A DNA stretch of 64,000 bases from Botryllus schlosseri (Eukaryota). Within the stretch, counting starts at the first letter, position 1. Each line of letters starts with the position of its first letter. Location: positions 9,798,001 through 9,862,000 of the forward strand of contig CM119372.1 of NCBI GenBank assembly GCA_051294905.1. Direction: 5' to 3'. Positions 24,947 to 38,495 of this stretch are shown here, one piece after another. The notes under the pieces were generated by a model. The model searched no databases. It was not told the origin of the DNA and saw only the letters and a program-made list of their open reading frames with translations. The position numbers and the translations under genes are program-made.

Positions 24947-25839
24947 ACTCCTTCAATTCTCGAAATATAGGGCATCAATTCTACCTGCTAAAATGGTGAT
25001 ACCAGTGCACGACTGACCATCCCTCATGTGTTATTAAACCTTCTGTCGACTTTTAGGCTATCCACCGTAATTACAGGAAGTGATTTTATCTGCGTACGCC
25101 CACAACATAATGCAAACAAGTGTCATCAGTGGGAATTAGCATTTCGTATTTTTCATTTTATATCATCGTATATTTTCGGACGAGTCGAACATGGAACCAG
25201 AGTTATGTAAAGTAGCCGAACACATCTTCCGTGTTATTGGTGATCTCCTTTCTTATTGCAATATTGTGAATAATTATGCAAATTGTATTAAAGACGTACG
25301 CCACGTACCGCTTTTCGCGCGGACGTAGCAGAAAGGCACGTGACACATTTTCATGCTGGTATATATAACTGGATTTGGCCATGCTTGTCCAACAGCACGC
25401 CAGCCGGAATATAGAACATAAGAATTTATACATAGAATATATACCATACCATTAGGTCTGGGGACAAAGATTCGAGTGCTCAAATCTGAATCGAGATTTG
25501 ATACTAATGATTCGAGCCGAGTAGTGAAATTGTATGCTCCTTAATTATTAAGTTATCAACGAAAATTTTACTTTCGATAATATTTTCCACTAACGAAGCG
25601 TCAAGACTTCGACTGGTCATATCGCAGCATACGAAACGTGTATAGTACAAAGCTACGCACGTTAGCAGAGATGGCATATGTATGTGAAGACCTGAACAAT
25701 TCACATCATTGTTACAAAACGAAATAAAATATGCACGGTCGAACAAACACCAAATTTCTTTAATGTGATGCAGATTGTAGAGCTCACACTATATTATTTG
25801 TTGTAGAATAAAACGTACGCATTTGAACTTTCCAAGTCT

Positions 25840-27782
25840 TTCATACTGTTATGACGTCAAAATAAGTGCACACGGTACCTATAGCAACGACTCTTGATAC
25901 ATTATGCCACAATGCTCAAGTACATGGAACAATCAAATGCTATAATAAAAATACCATAAATTCAATATCTTCCGTCGCTTTGCCAACAATTTCGACGGAC
26001 TCGAAAAAGGAATATAAAATTACGCCTTATCGGTAAATTCTAGACCTCACAATGTATTAGGTGTCTACTATTGCCACATTGACATTGATCAGAGTGTAAA
26101 ATGGGTTTCTATATACTTGCTACCGATGTCACCTCATAAATAAGTTATACAGTAGTATTTAACATCCCAGTTGCATGGATTTGGTTTTTATGATAAAATA
26201 AACATATCAAATCAAGATGGATCCCGTACGCCTGCTAGATTTTTTACATTAGACAACGATGTATTCGGTATATCAATTTCATTGATTCGTTGAATAAGCC
26301 CAATTCGCTGACTACCTTCGGGTAGTGCAGGGGTTCTCAGCCCTTTCTTGGCCGTGGCCCATTTTCCGGTTTGAAAATGTGTTGTGGCCCACCTCTTATC
26401 TTAAAGTCACAATCCCGTTCAATGTGTGTTAATCGATGGCGCGGATATGCCTATTTCTCTAAAATATGAGCATTTTACTCTTAATATACCGATGATATTT
26501 GAATGTAGATCTCTCAGGACATGAAATCGCGGTAAGCGCGACGAAAATTTTCAAGTTGAATGAATATCCTCCAACAAACGACCAACGAAATAATCTTGGG
26601 CCCCTCGATCTCCCCCAATTTGGGGTTTGGGTGCGGCAGTTACGGCCCTGGTAGATCACAGGCTAAATCTCATGTGTATATTATGATCGTCCGCCGCTCC
26701 ATTCGTGTCGCGAAACACAATGTGTGATTGGGGAGAGAAGTGGAGAAGTATAGTTTTTTTTATTATGCATGAGGTGCAATGTAGGCTACAATTGTACATT
26801 GTATGTCTTGCACCAAACCAACTGAAGTTGCGATGTCAGAATATTCAATCCAGTGATACAATTAATTCATGTGACTCTTACATTAAGTACAATGATTTCC
26901 AGGCCGGACATTTTAAATCGACTTCAAAGATTAATGCGCTCCGCCAAATCTTCAATCCATTACGCAGTATACTTTCTCCAGAAGTTGCCTAATAATTTTC
27001 AATTATTGCTATTTTTATCTTACAATAATACGACCTGCCGAAGTACAGTAAATCTATACATCAATTGCACGTCAGTCCGAGTTTATTGCACACCCATTTT
27101 AACGGCATATGACATATGACCCTGCCGGAGTGCTTGGTTACTTCAGCATTACCGTCAGGTAATTATATATTCCAAATTATTTTAGTTGGGGTTAGCCGTA
27201 GGTTTTCATAACCAGTCGAAAAAGACGCCGTTTGTCCATCCCGTTTTCTAGTTGTACATTCTAGCTAAATATGTGTCACTGCGTCTTATCAAAGTCGGAT
27301 GAAAAGGTTTATGAATATATTTTTAGCGTTTAACATAACAAATATCGCTAAACTTACATTAATTCAAAAATTTTCTAAATAGCCTCAAATGCTCATGTGG
27401 CCCACCCTTTGAGAACCCCTGGTGTGGTGTATTTCGTTCTCAATGTCGTGTGATTGCGGGCCAAGCTCAGAGCAGAGAGTCATTAAATATTCACAAAGGA
27501 AAGCTGATTATTTCGAGCAAGCAAAATTTTTGAGATTGGCAAGGTTCATGCTCGTTTAGAGTTGAATTATTTTATGCTGCCAGCGCCGTGCAAAGAGTGA
27601 TTCGAAGTTGAAATGCAAAGAATTTCAACCAAAGATGTGATAATGACGTGAAAAATAGTAATAAATGAAAAAATGGTTCACAGTGCAGAACCTACCAAGG
27701 TTCGTTTGTGAACGCGAACCTCTAAATTTCTGAGGTTCACACCTAGAACGCGAACGTGAGCCTCACGTTCACACCATCCCTA
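25840..27782. mobile_element. TAGGGATGG-family MITE (left end degraded) with a nested insertion
   Basis: Right end TTCACACCATCCCTA; body collinear with 50996-52403; interrupted by 26328-27421. Confidence 0.7.
26328..27421. mobile_element. Charlie/Buster-like hAT MITE
   Basis: TIR CAGGGGTTCTCA...TGAGAACCCCTG; degenerate TSD GGGTAGTG/GTGTGGTG; contains a fragment of the 42766-44285 family. Confidence 0.75.
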
Positions 27783-30604
27783 TAGTCGAAGTCCAAATAG
27801 ACTTTTCACTTTGTGGCATTGTTTATCACCTGCAAAAAATGAAGAGAACAAAGCCAAGTAGGCTATATACCGGGTAAGGTGGCACATCTCATAATTTAAT
27901 GAAGGAAGTATGATGGACATCGGCGGCATTTTCAATAATATTCTCCGACATTTATATCAATGCGAGTCATACAGTTGCTTTCCCAGCCGCCATAAGCTTG
28001 TACCTCACAAACCGAATTCGTGATTTCATCTGGAAGATAAATCTAACATTCAGCTTGATAGCAAGTGTGGCTACTGGATCTCGTAGAATATCCATATATT
28101 CGCAAACCAAAAAATAAATTTCCGAGAAATCAACCATGACGGAATCTGCTACTGAGTATACCATGTTGCACACCAACATCAACCGTAGACATGTTACGCG
28201 TGCCTATTTAAATCAATGACCATGACCATTCGAAGGAACTTATTTTTAAGCTATACACTTTGTCTGTTAACAAATCGATAGATATAGGAGAAAATATGAA
28301 ATTATTTCGTGAATTCATATTCTGCATAACGTACCGCAAATACCAGGCATATATGTCATCGAAGAGACTTCAGTAATCCACCACGTTATTTACCAATTAT
28401 GATGAATTGATGCTACCGTCTTTCTGTGTGGTTGATCTATCTACTAATGCTCTCAACCGACTTGTCCTAAAAACCGTGTATTCGGTACTGTACATGACGC
28501 TATGCTGGATAGTTGCGAAACGGCATACGGTAACTAAGCGTGAAACTCGATCGTACCCAAATACAATTGCTACGGAGTCGTGTTACTTCAACCTCTGAAC
28601 TGCTCTTCACATTATTTCACCTTCAAGTCTACGAATAGGTTAGACGCTCAACAAACACGTTTTTCGACCAGTTGCGCAGCTATGCTTCTAAAGACGCGAT
28701 ATGAATGCTGACACCTCTGGAAAGCAAACTTTTTGCGCTCATTCGCAATGTGCATGTGTCACTTTAAAATTAAAAAACAATATAAAAATACGGTGATCAA
28801 TCTAATTGTTTGCATCTGAACAAACATGCGGTAATCATAATTTGTAATTGTAAGATATTTGGACGATTACAGCATTTCCAAGTAATCGTAATCAATTATT
28901 TTGCACACACAATTGATACTTTGTAAAAGATCGAATTCAAATTGTAAAAGATCGAATTCAAATTACAAGTACAATCAGCATAAACTGAACAAGGAATACT
29001 GCGATATATCAACTATAAGATCGTCGATGGTTCAACTGTTCGCGTTCGCAAACGAACCTTCTGAACTTCTATACCGTAAACATTTTGGGAAATAACTGAA
29101 TCATTCAGCAATCATAACATCTGTGATCGAAATCCGTCCAATTTGAAGTTTCTCTGCATTACGGTGGCAGCAAGAAAGGGAATTCAACAGAAAAATAAGT
29201 TCAAAACGGCATTGAAACATGATGATATTCTTATCGTGTAGAATAATATGGCTTTCTTCCACCCCAGCAATACTTTCTGAGTTTGTGTTCACTGGTTGGT
29301 CCCGCAAGGCATTCCGGTTTGATCAATATAGTTGATTAGTAGTTGATTAAATCAACTGTCAACAATCAATGCGCGTATAGTACTTAACGTAACAGTGGTG
29401 AAGGGAATCTCGTGAATAGAGTTCTACTTACTATTATCGAGCAGAAAGAATGCATAATACGAAATATAATTGAATAGTATATACATATTGAAAGGAATAT
29501 ACTATTCAATTGCACATTGGAGTTCTATACCTCCAGCTCTTCAAATACCAATTATCCATATCAAATATTAAATGGTGTCAGACATAAATGACAAAAAAGA
29601 TGACATTGTTGTTTGAGAAACAGGAATGCTGTAAGAATTGGCACGTCACATAGTATCACGACGATTCCGATCTAAAATGGTTGCTGGTTACAGCCATGTA
29701 AACATAAATTGGTATATGACAGTGGATGTATTAGGTTTGATAATGTGCAACTTTGCATTTATTCATAGGTTAAATACCGTAATAAATGATCAAGCTGAAA
29801 TACAATATAACAGTTGCACTGACCAGCCTAATCCCTATCACTCCAACAGCTCACAAGACGTAGGCACTAATTACATGCGAGCACAACAACAACAGCAACA
29901 ACAACAATAATAAAAAGACGAGAACTGTGATCGCTCATGCGTTACAGGAAACTATTAGGGAGAGAGAGGTGATAGGAAGAGATAATCACACACAGTTTAC
30001 TTACAAAATGAGGGATCTCAATCATTCATCCGTAATAATCGGCAATGATCGCGACTAGCCCGCTTACAAGCGTGGCTGTTGGATAGCCGTTCCGTAAAAG
30101 GCAACTATATTTGTAACAAGATATTAAGTAGGGCAATTTTTTACCTAAAAGACGTAAGATTTTGACAAAAAAAAATTAAATTTTGAATTGCTGTTTCGGT
30201 CTTGCGATATAACCTTCTCGTACGGCCAGGACTTCTATCACCTCTCGTCGAGTGCGTCCTGGTCAGCAATGTCATGATTTAAACCATTTGTAGGTAATAA
30301 AGGGTATCCCGCCGGTATCTCGCTCCGCCTTCAGGTCTCGTCGTTGCGACTGGATTAATTCCCGACAATGCAGACCTTCGCAGACTCCTCAAAGATGCAG
30401 CATAAAGCACGAGGCATTCGTACTATATCTGAGTGACTGAGTGCGTGCTGAAAGTTTAGTCAGCCTACTTCAGGTGCCGCCTATTCCAGGCGAGTGAGTT
30501 GAGTTCGTAGTAGACTATGTTCCATCCATCCATCCGTGTCAATGTTGAGATGGTGTGTTTTACTACTTCATTATGGTGAACTTCACAGTTTGCACTAGCC
30601 GACG

Positions 30605-33600
30605 TTACACTCCGATCATATCAAATGTTGACGTGTTGGTCACCGCTTGTCTTCCGGCACTCTCGGTCACTCTGCATACTTTGCAAGTGTCGCTCACATA
30701 CCGTTTCGTGTACCTTCGCATTTTCGATGAGCTTATGTTGTAAAAAACTGGATTCATACACTCGGAAAGTCTCAGAAAAAAATACTGACAAAGTCCAAAC
30801 CAGTATTCAGCTACCGGGTCGGGGTTCGTCTGTGTCGCCCAAAGCTCGTAGGCTGCAAGGCAACGAGATAGGTTTAATCTTACCTCTCAACACAAGCACT
30901 GGAATTGAAATAAAAGCTTACTGACGAATGGTAGATATCCGAATATGAAGGAGCACACAATGAGGACTAGTTGCAAAACGGCTTGCTTCTCTTTGCGCAC
31001 TCTTCTTTTGATGGCCGCGTCATCAGTCATTATGGAGGACTTGGTGTGCTTGTGCACTGACCGGCAGATCAACACAGAGACAATTGCAACCGCAAACATT
31101 GGAAGTAGAATGAAAATGATGTAGCTCGGCAAAGAGAACTTCTTGTAGCTTTCAAGTCTGCCAGACATATGTGATTGTGATGACTACGACCAATGGGGCT
31201 GACTCGGGACTATTTTGCAGTAAAAATCAGTCGCGGTATGTGTACAGAGATGGCGTTTTGGAGGTATGATTCTAAGAATAGTAGGCCTATTTGAACTGGT
31301 CCTGACTCGAATTTATGCTTACTCTGTTGCCCAATCTTAATGTCCCATTATATATGGAAGTTATTATGGAATTTGCATGAGACATGAGGAATGAGGAATG
31401 AGTTTGGAATCGATTTCGATCCATTACAACATGGATTTAATGCGTTTTGACTACATAATGGCATAATGACATTGATAGTACTTTGACATTCAGTTTCTGA
31501 AATCCGGTTAATATAAGTGTGGCCATTTTAGTGATGGAGGAAGTTCGAGGAATCCTTTCCCTTCTGAATAAAGTTAGATAGGCGTTTAAGTGTCTCATGC
31601 AAATCATGCCTGTCACTTATCTGCGGCAAATTTGATATTATCTTGCATTTTCCTACATTACATCATCGGTTGGTGCCGGGACGATGTGTTTCATTAATTT
31701 GGTCCCTGCATTACAATACTTACGTCTCTAACAGCAAGGTGCAAGCTGGCCATCTAGCGTTCTCTTCACCGCTGTATCGATCTCTCTTGACGCCTTGTTC
31801 TGCGCCCGTGAACAACCACATTGTAACGAACCCACACAGGAACGCGATCACCCATGTTGCCCCCACCCATAGCTGAAAGAGTATATAGTGAGCGTTAGTG
31901 CGGATGATTTGAGACAACACAGCTGCAATATCCGTTGTTTAATTGGACCACTATTAGCAATCGGTGATCCATAAAAACAAAATTTCTATAACATCATAAT
32001 ATCGCCAGACAGGAACGAATCGATTTAGCATGTTTAGCACGCATTGAGTTCGGCCTGCAGATCTCGCAACAAAAACGTTGCAAACAGACAAACACTCTGA
32101 ACTGCGCAGGTGGTCATTTATTGAAAGTCGGTCGTAGGTTCAAGGGAAAGTGACAGGCTCAGACTGATAAAGATAAGCGATAATTGTGATAATTTCTTTG
32201 GACTTGGTCGCATGGTAACAAAAATACCCTAGCTAAACATATGGGCTGAAAAGAATTGTCATTAAAAATAGAACGTTTTTATTTTGTCCTTGATGTTTTT
32301 TTGCGGCATACGAACAAACTCACGTAGCCTAGCAACACGTGATATTTATACATATACGTAAACGCACACGAGATATGCCCATATGCGTACCATGTGTGCA
32401 TCACGTGCTTATGCCGCTGGAAAAGAAAGGTACAGAGATAGCCTTGTAAGGCATTCCAAGTCTTGCACCACCCCTCCATACTGTTCCTGAAATGCTTAGC
32501 GTCAAGTGTGGATACCACGGATACGAGTACGGCCACGACCTACCGGACGCTCCAAAATTACGCGGGTAGCTAGGAGATGCACCACAACCTTCTACCCCGC
32601 TAACAATGGTGACTAAAGCCTGAATGCGCCGCTACTACCTTCGCAGCCCATATGGGCATATTCATTCTGCATATACTTGTTTCTATAGTTAATGAATAAT
32701 ATAACAGCCGTACCATCAAATATCACGTCACTGCTATAAAATTTCGAAAATACCAGGCTAACAGATGTTTTCTATATATTTTATGCAGTCGTTAGGGTCC
32801 TAAAAAACGTCTGGGACTGAATGCCGTCTGATTTAAACCTACCAGACCGCCTCGTTTGGTGATGCGCTGGAAAAGACGTGGTTGCTGAATGGCGAGTAAC
32901 CGCAGGAAAGCGAAATTTAGAATGTGCATCGACGTGGAGAAGGTCGTCATTAGATCAACAGCCCAAAAAAGCTGAAAGAAAAATCTGTGAATGTAAAATC
33001 TTCAGAAGAGTATTCAGTATGCACACATTTTCACACAATTGACCATCGTAATTCTCCATCGATCTTGTGTGTGTCACCTAACTACATAATTCAGGTACTA
33101 ACAAAATCTATCTGTCAGTCGGTCTCCAACCCAAAATGACTCCAAATTGATACCGGAATGCCGGAGATCAATTTGGGCTCCTAATCGCTACGACTATACA
33201 TAAAGGAGTGAATGTATGAAATCCCTCAAATTAAAGTGTTGGGTTGCGCTATATGTTAACAGTATACTGTTAACATAATATCATAATATTTCATTATAAT
33301 AATAATTATAAATAATCTTATAAATTAATTTTCTTCGCTTTAATTTTTGTGACCAACATTTGTAACTACATCATACATTACTGTATTGTATATACCCTAC
33401 TCGTGCCATGATGTTAGTATGATTCGATGAGTGAAATGGAAAAGCGGTATTACTCACGATGAATGCAAACTATATATATACTTTTACTATAAATTTGTCG
33501 CAAAAAGTACTGTCAGAGTCAGATGTACATCCGAAGTAGTCTAAATCCAATTCAAGTTCAGTTGAGTCAGTCGAGCTCAAGCAATATAAAGTTTCCAAAA

Positions 33601-35099
33601 CGTTTCATTTGACAAGTTTACTGCAACGTGCTTGAATGTTTAAATGAGCGGTTTCTTACATGGGACTTCACAAATAACGGTATGTCTGAGTAGTCGCCAA
33701 GGGGCGAAAATCGATACACTAAATTGAGGTCACAGAAACAAGATGAAGCAATCAACGGATTTTACCACACATTGTCCGCGATGTCAATTTGTTAGTTCTA
33801 TGACAGTGCTCTTATCATATCAAATAAATTAACGCCCATCATTGCATGCAGCTCCTACTTTACTTTACAGAAAAATTCAGGAGGCATCCAAACATCAAAC
33901 CCCAATGTCCTTCTGTACCAGAAAAGTGGGCTTATAAGCGCTGACATTAAATCAGAAACACACAGCGAAGTGATGAAGAGCATGAACACGCTTCTGAAAA
34001 GACAAATATGATGTGAATATTTACCGATTTTCAGTAATAACTCTCTCAAACCTCAATTTCGGATTCTTTCGTATCACTAAAATCGTGAGAGTGTTCAAGA
34101 CAATCCCGATCACGCAGAAGAGAAAAATGATTACTCCGGAAAATATCATAACGCCGTCGGTAAAGGGTCGCTCGTAACTCCTGCAAATAACATGGCTGGT
34201 GACTCAAAAAAGGTCATCAGACGCAATGAAACCGTGATATTAAAGTCGCGCCACGCTCCGAATATGATGCGGTTTCAAATTAAAGTTAGAACTGCGATAA
34301 GTGTTCGGCAGCATTCTTTTACTCAGAAGTCACCGCATTCGAACTGCAGCTGAAAGATTTCCACGAGGGGTTCTGTAGCACTTCATCAATCTCTTAGTTT
34401 TCGGTACTACGCATCATCGCTTCTTTACCCTTTGCGTACGCTACAATACTTATCGGAATTAAACCGCAGTGGTTCATAACATACAGCTCTTTCGTAAGAT
34501 CTTCTGTCCTTTAGATTTAAAAACCCCTACTTGTTTGCTTCGAGAAGGTGCAACAGTCCCGTATGCGTGCCAGAAAATGGTCGAAAATGATAACCTTTTT
34601 TAGCCACCATCATCAGGATATGGCGATCAAAAGTGATATGACGTAGGTTGGCGATCTTCCAACATCTTGAACTGGGTGCAATCGAAGTACTAGGGTGCCG
34701 CGAACTGCTTTTCCCTTTCAGAGGGTGCCTCGAGGTCAAAAAGGTTGAGAATCACTGCTGTATGGAGTCACAGAAAAACTGTGTCGCATTACTAATTGTA
34801 ATGTTCAAAATATTTGCCATTCATCGATTACAATATAGTTTCATACATTGGAAATTAATTAGGATTTTGGTCAATTAGAATATGCGATGACAGCATCTTC
34901 TTGAAATATATGTTTGTAGAAGACGAAAGATTATCGGATCATAGACTTTACCTGTGCAGCACAGCAATCTGAATAGTGACATAGGCTAATCTTGGAAGGG
35001 ATCCCTGATGTTAATACCGAAGAACATAATAGATTCTTTGACTTACTCTTGCGTTGTGGAGTTTTGGTATGGCACTGTAGAAAAATTATATCCATACAT
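30605..35099 (-). CDS. Class A orphan GPCR paralog C, 7 exons, 357 aa
   Basis: Exons 35047-35099, 34052-34180, 33864-33993, 32843-32971, 31724-31872, 30922-31157, 30605-30852. All GT-AG, frame open, exon lengths identical to paralog B; NPVFY and GYLP present. Confidence 0.93.
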
Positions 35100-35599
35100 T
35101 CTTCTTAAGTTCACAATTTCCCCCAAAGAGTTTTGATATAGGCCTGTAAAATATAACATCGGCATTTCTAATATAACGTTTGGTAAAGTCTGTTAAAGAG
35201 CAGAATAGAGGAGTAGTGCCCTTCAACTTTTTTTGGTATGGTCAACCCCAAAAGTCATTCAGACGAACTCAGTCATTCTACGCATGTATGTAATTGAGAA
35301 CTGACTACTAAGAAAATAATGTCAGCAACTTCACGGCCTATTTGAGAATCCGATTACTAGCGCGAAATGTCAGCACCTTCGCAAATGTTACCCTCTGGCA
35401 CTTCATGCACTCTTGTTTACCCTTTCGTACTGGTGCCCCCCATGCAAATCATGGTGCGCTCTACGATGTACCGCGTACACCGGTTGAAGAGCACTATCAC
35501 AAAAAGATAATTTTTCGGGCCATCTGTCATATAACAAAGAAGGTCTGTTCAAATAACCGGGCAGGACAAGAACAAGTTATTTGTTCCTCTCATGTAGCC

Positions 35600-36762
35600 C
35601 AGGGGCGGCCAACCCGTTGCCCGCGGGCCACATTTGGCCTGCTAGAAGCTTTCGAGTGGCCCGTGTAATTCTCGAAATTAGTTATAATATAAAAAAAATT
35701 ACCCAGGTAATTTATTGTGAACTTGAAAGACCAACTTAAAATATGATTATTCTGACTGAGAACTTTAGGATGTTGATGCCCAAAATATCAGTTCCTAAGC
35801 ATTGTCGTAGCCAGGGGCCATCCACAATTTTCGTAGATCTTCGTAAAGTAGAATAGTTCGTGGCAGATTTATTTGACTTGATATTTTTCTTAGCACTTTG
35901 CGCGATTTATTGTTACTCGATTTCTTGCTTTTAGTATTGGTGCCTCCTCTCCTGATTATTAAATATTGAAAATACGCCCAATTTACGGTATTGAGTCTAA
36001 CTATATTTGCAGTTATGAGAGAACGTGTCTTCCAACATGCGACTTCGCGTCTCCACTCGCAGTAAGATCGCCGGCGATGGAACCTTTGCACAAAATAATA
36101 GACGCATGTTCACTGAAATCTTTGATATTGATAAGTCCATGTCCAAGCGCCAATTAATCATGTTCTGGCCAAATGAGCCCGGTGATATACAGAGGCGACT
36201 TAAAATATATGCAACTAACATTGTTAATGACCGAATTCATTGAAAAAATTTCGCACTGCGCGTGGTTAGGGCATGTAGACAGAGTTTTCATGACATAATT
36301 GTTATCGATTTTGGTGCTTGGGGATATAAGTCCTATTTTACCGTTACCTAATCCGATTCGATCCTATCGGTCCATTCAAGTGGCCCGCGCAATGGTTCCT
36401 AAATCTCATGTGGCCCTTTGGCCGAAAAGGTTGGCTACCCCTGCTGTAGACTATAAAACCTTGGTGAAAACTTCGATATTGATATGACCAGGTGCCATAT
36501 ACTCCTGTCCTTGCAATCTGAGCACCGCGGTACATTAAATGCAATATATCCAACTACCATTAATATTAACCGAATTCACACGTCCACACTGATTTCACGT
36601 GACATGAAGGACAGTGAATTTGGTGATGTAGGTCTTTCGCTCCTCGCATAATTTGGCCCGTTCATAACCGACGACTGAAGAAGGTCATCAACAGAGAGTG
36701 GCCCGCGCATTTGTTCCAAGAACCGAATGTGGCCCTGTGGCCAAAACGGTTGGCCACCCCTG
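35600..36762. mobile_element. Charlie/Buster-like hAT element upstream of paralog C, with an extra internal right end at 36443
   Basis: TIR CAGGGGCGGCCAACC...GGTTGGCCACCCCTG; perfect TSD ATGTAGCC (35592-35599, 36763-36770). Confidence 0.85.
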
Positions 36763-36834
36763 ATGTAGCCTATACTGTAGGATTACTGATGACGGGTACC
36801 GGCACTGTGGTTTTGATAATCCCGCAACCCTCGA

Positions 36835-36980
36835 AGTCGTCGTTGGTTCGACAGTTATAGTAAGTAGATATAGATAATTGCTACGGAATAGGTGTTCTGA
36901 TGATGATGACCGCCGACCGTTAAAATGCTGCATAACGATATAGTCCTGGTTAATGATATTTTTGGTCTGTTTATGACAGT
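36835..36980. repeat. Dispersed repeat; inverted copy at ~59625-59770
   Basis: ACTGTCATAAACAGACCAAAAATATC...TCATCATCAGAACACCTATTCCGTA present at both loci in opposite orientation. Confidence 0.8.
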
Positions 36981-37568
36981 CGAGTCGAGTAAATTTACGC
37001 ATTTGAAAAAATAACTCGAGTCAGGTCGAGTCACAAAAAAATCGCTACCCGTGTGGAACTCGAGTCGAGTCATTACATACCTGGTGCCAATAAAGGACTC
37101 CCGCGGTCGAATACTAAACCAAGATCTATTTAGAATTTAAATACCAATTTGTTATAAGACCACGACAAGGCAGTTAGCTTCAGTCACATTGTTATGAGTG
37201 ATATCTTACTCAGCTAAACCAAGCGCTCTTTAATTGGTTTCTCCTCCCGCAATGTCTTATACAGACTGGGGCATATACAGGAAGGTCAAATCAAAATCGT
37301 GAACCATACACCAATGTTCCCTCTACTTTTTGACGAGGCTGCGCAGTGCGCACACTCACCAACTCACTGCGCAGACCCTTGGACAACAGTGCGCAACGAC
37401 TAAAAAAGGTCATCACTTCGGATTTTTTGTGCGCAACTTGGATTTTCTGTGCGCAGACACTGTGTCAGCACTGCGCATTTGCGAACGTGTGCAGCTTAGC
37501 GGGAACATTGCCATACACGTCAACAGTACCTATTGCAAAATATATCCAAGGCTACCGCCGGGAATGTG

Positions 37569-38495
37569 AACTAGTACGGCTCTCAGACTTGTACAAACTA
37601 CTGCATTTTCAAAAAGCGCAACTAGAGCTAGTCCTAGAACTACTCACTTTTCAAAACCTGCAACTAAAACTAGAACTAGAACTAACGACATTTAAAAAAT
37701 AACACAGCGCAGAATAAAGTGCAAACGTTTGACTTATCACGCCAGCGTATTTCCTTCTTCTCATTCTTAGAAAAAGAATTGCTCACATCCGGATTAGTTA
37801 TTCCCAAGTCATTGATTGTTAAGAACCGTACTGAAGTGGATTTCATTGACCTAAGCCACACATTAACTTCTGTTTTACCGGATATATCAGACACACATCG
37901 ACATTTCAAAAGGACGGGGTTTCGAGTTTGAAATGGGAGAAATTTCGATCCCAAAGAACCACCCGCTGGCTACACTACTGCACGGACACCATGCAACCGA
38001 ACTCGATTCACGCAAAACGACGACATGTGCTTTCTAGTTGTTCGGCAACTGATATTTTTTCAAATGTGAAACTAGAACTACTGAATTTTAAAAATATGCA
38101 ACTAGATCTAGAACTAGAACTATCCGCAACTAGAACTAGAACTAGAGCTACTCTATTTTCAAAATCTTGAACTAAAACTAGAACTGATCACTTTTCAAAA
38201 TAGGCAACTAGAACGTGACATGCCACCCCATTTTTGTCGCTTGCTTTTCTATACTATCTTCTTCTACTTTTCATTTGGTGTGCATGCCTCCTCTTTACAT
38301 CGCCTAGGCCAAGGTGGGTGTCAGATTTTAAAGACTACTCCAAGTCGTTTCGACTCCATCCTATCTTTTCATTGTATCACAATTTTTGTGGTGTATTGAA
38401 CTGATAAAAATTGCTAATAAATCGAACCGAATTAGAACTAGAACTACTCAATTTTCAAAATCTGCAACTAGAACTAGAACTAGAACTAGAACTAT
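37569..38495. repeat. Interrupted (ACTAGA)n arrays, probably subterminal repeats of a MITE
   Basis: Blocks of GCAACTAGAACTAGAACT separated by TTTTCAAAA at ~37570-37685, 38070-38215 and 38433-38495. Confidence 0.7.
38255..38425 (+). mobile_element. 5'-truncated retroposon 3' end; copies at ~3715-3790 (-), ~43985-44155 (+), ~55345-55435 (+)
   Basis: Shared CCTATCTTTTCATTGTATC...GTGGTGTATTGAACTGATAAAAATTGCTAATAA; all copies end at the same 3' point with short-repeat tails. Confidence 0.65.

Noticed and set aside
30625..30924. Plus-strand ORFs over GPCR exons (also 9712-9909, 4296-4487, 55336-55650) as antisense genes
   Set aside because: They are shadow frames of conserved minus-strand exons.
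36835..36980. Shared upstream element of paralogs C and D as a conserved promoter
   Set aside because: The copy near 59.7 kb is inverted and far more similar than the genes' other flanks, which fits a dispersed repeat better.
37569..38495. Regularly recurring short repeats as a CRISPR-like array
   Set aside because: Units are hexamer microsatellite blocks of variable length without unique equal-sized spacers; eukaryotic context and no cas genes.
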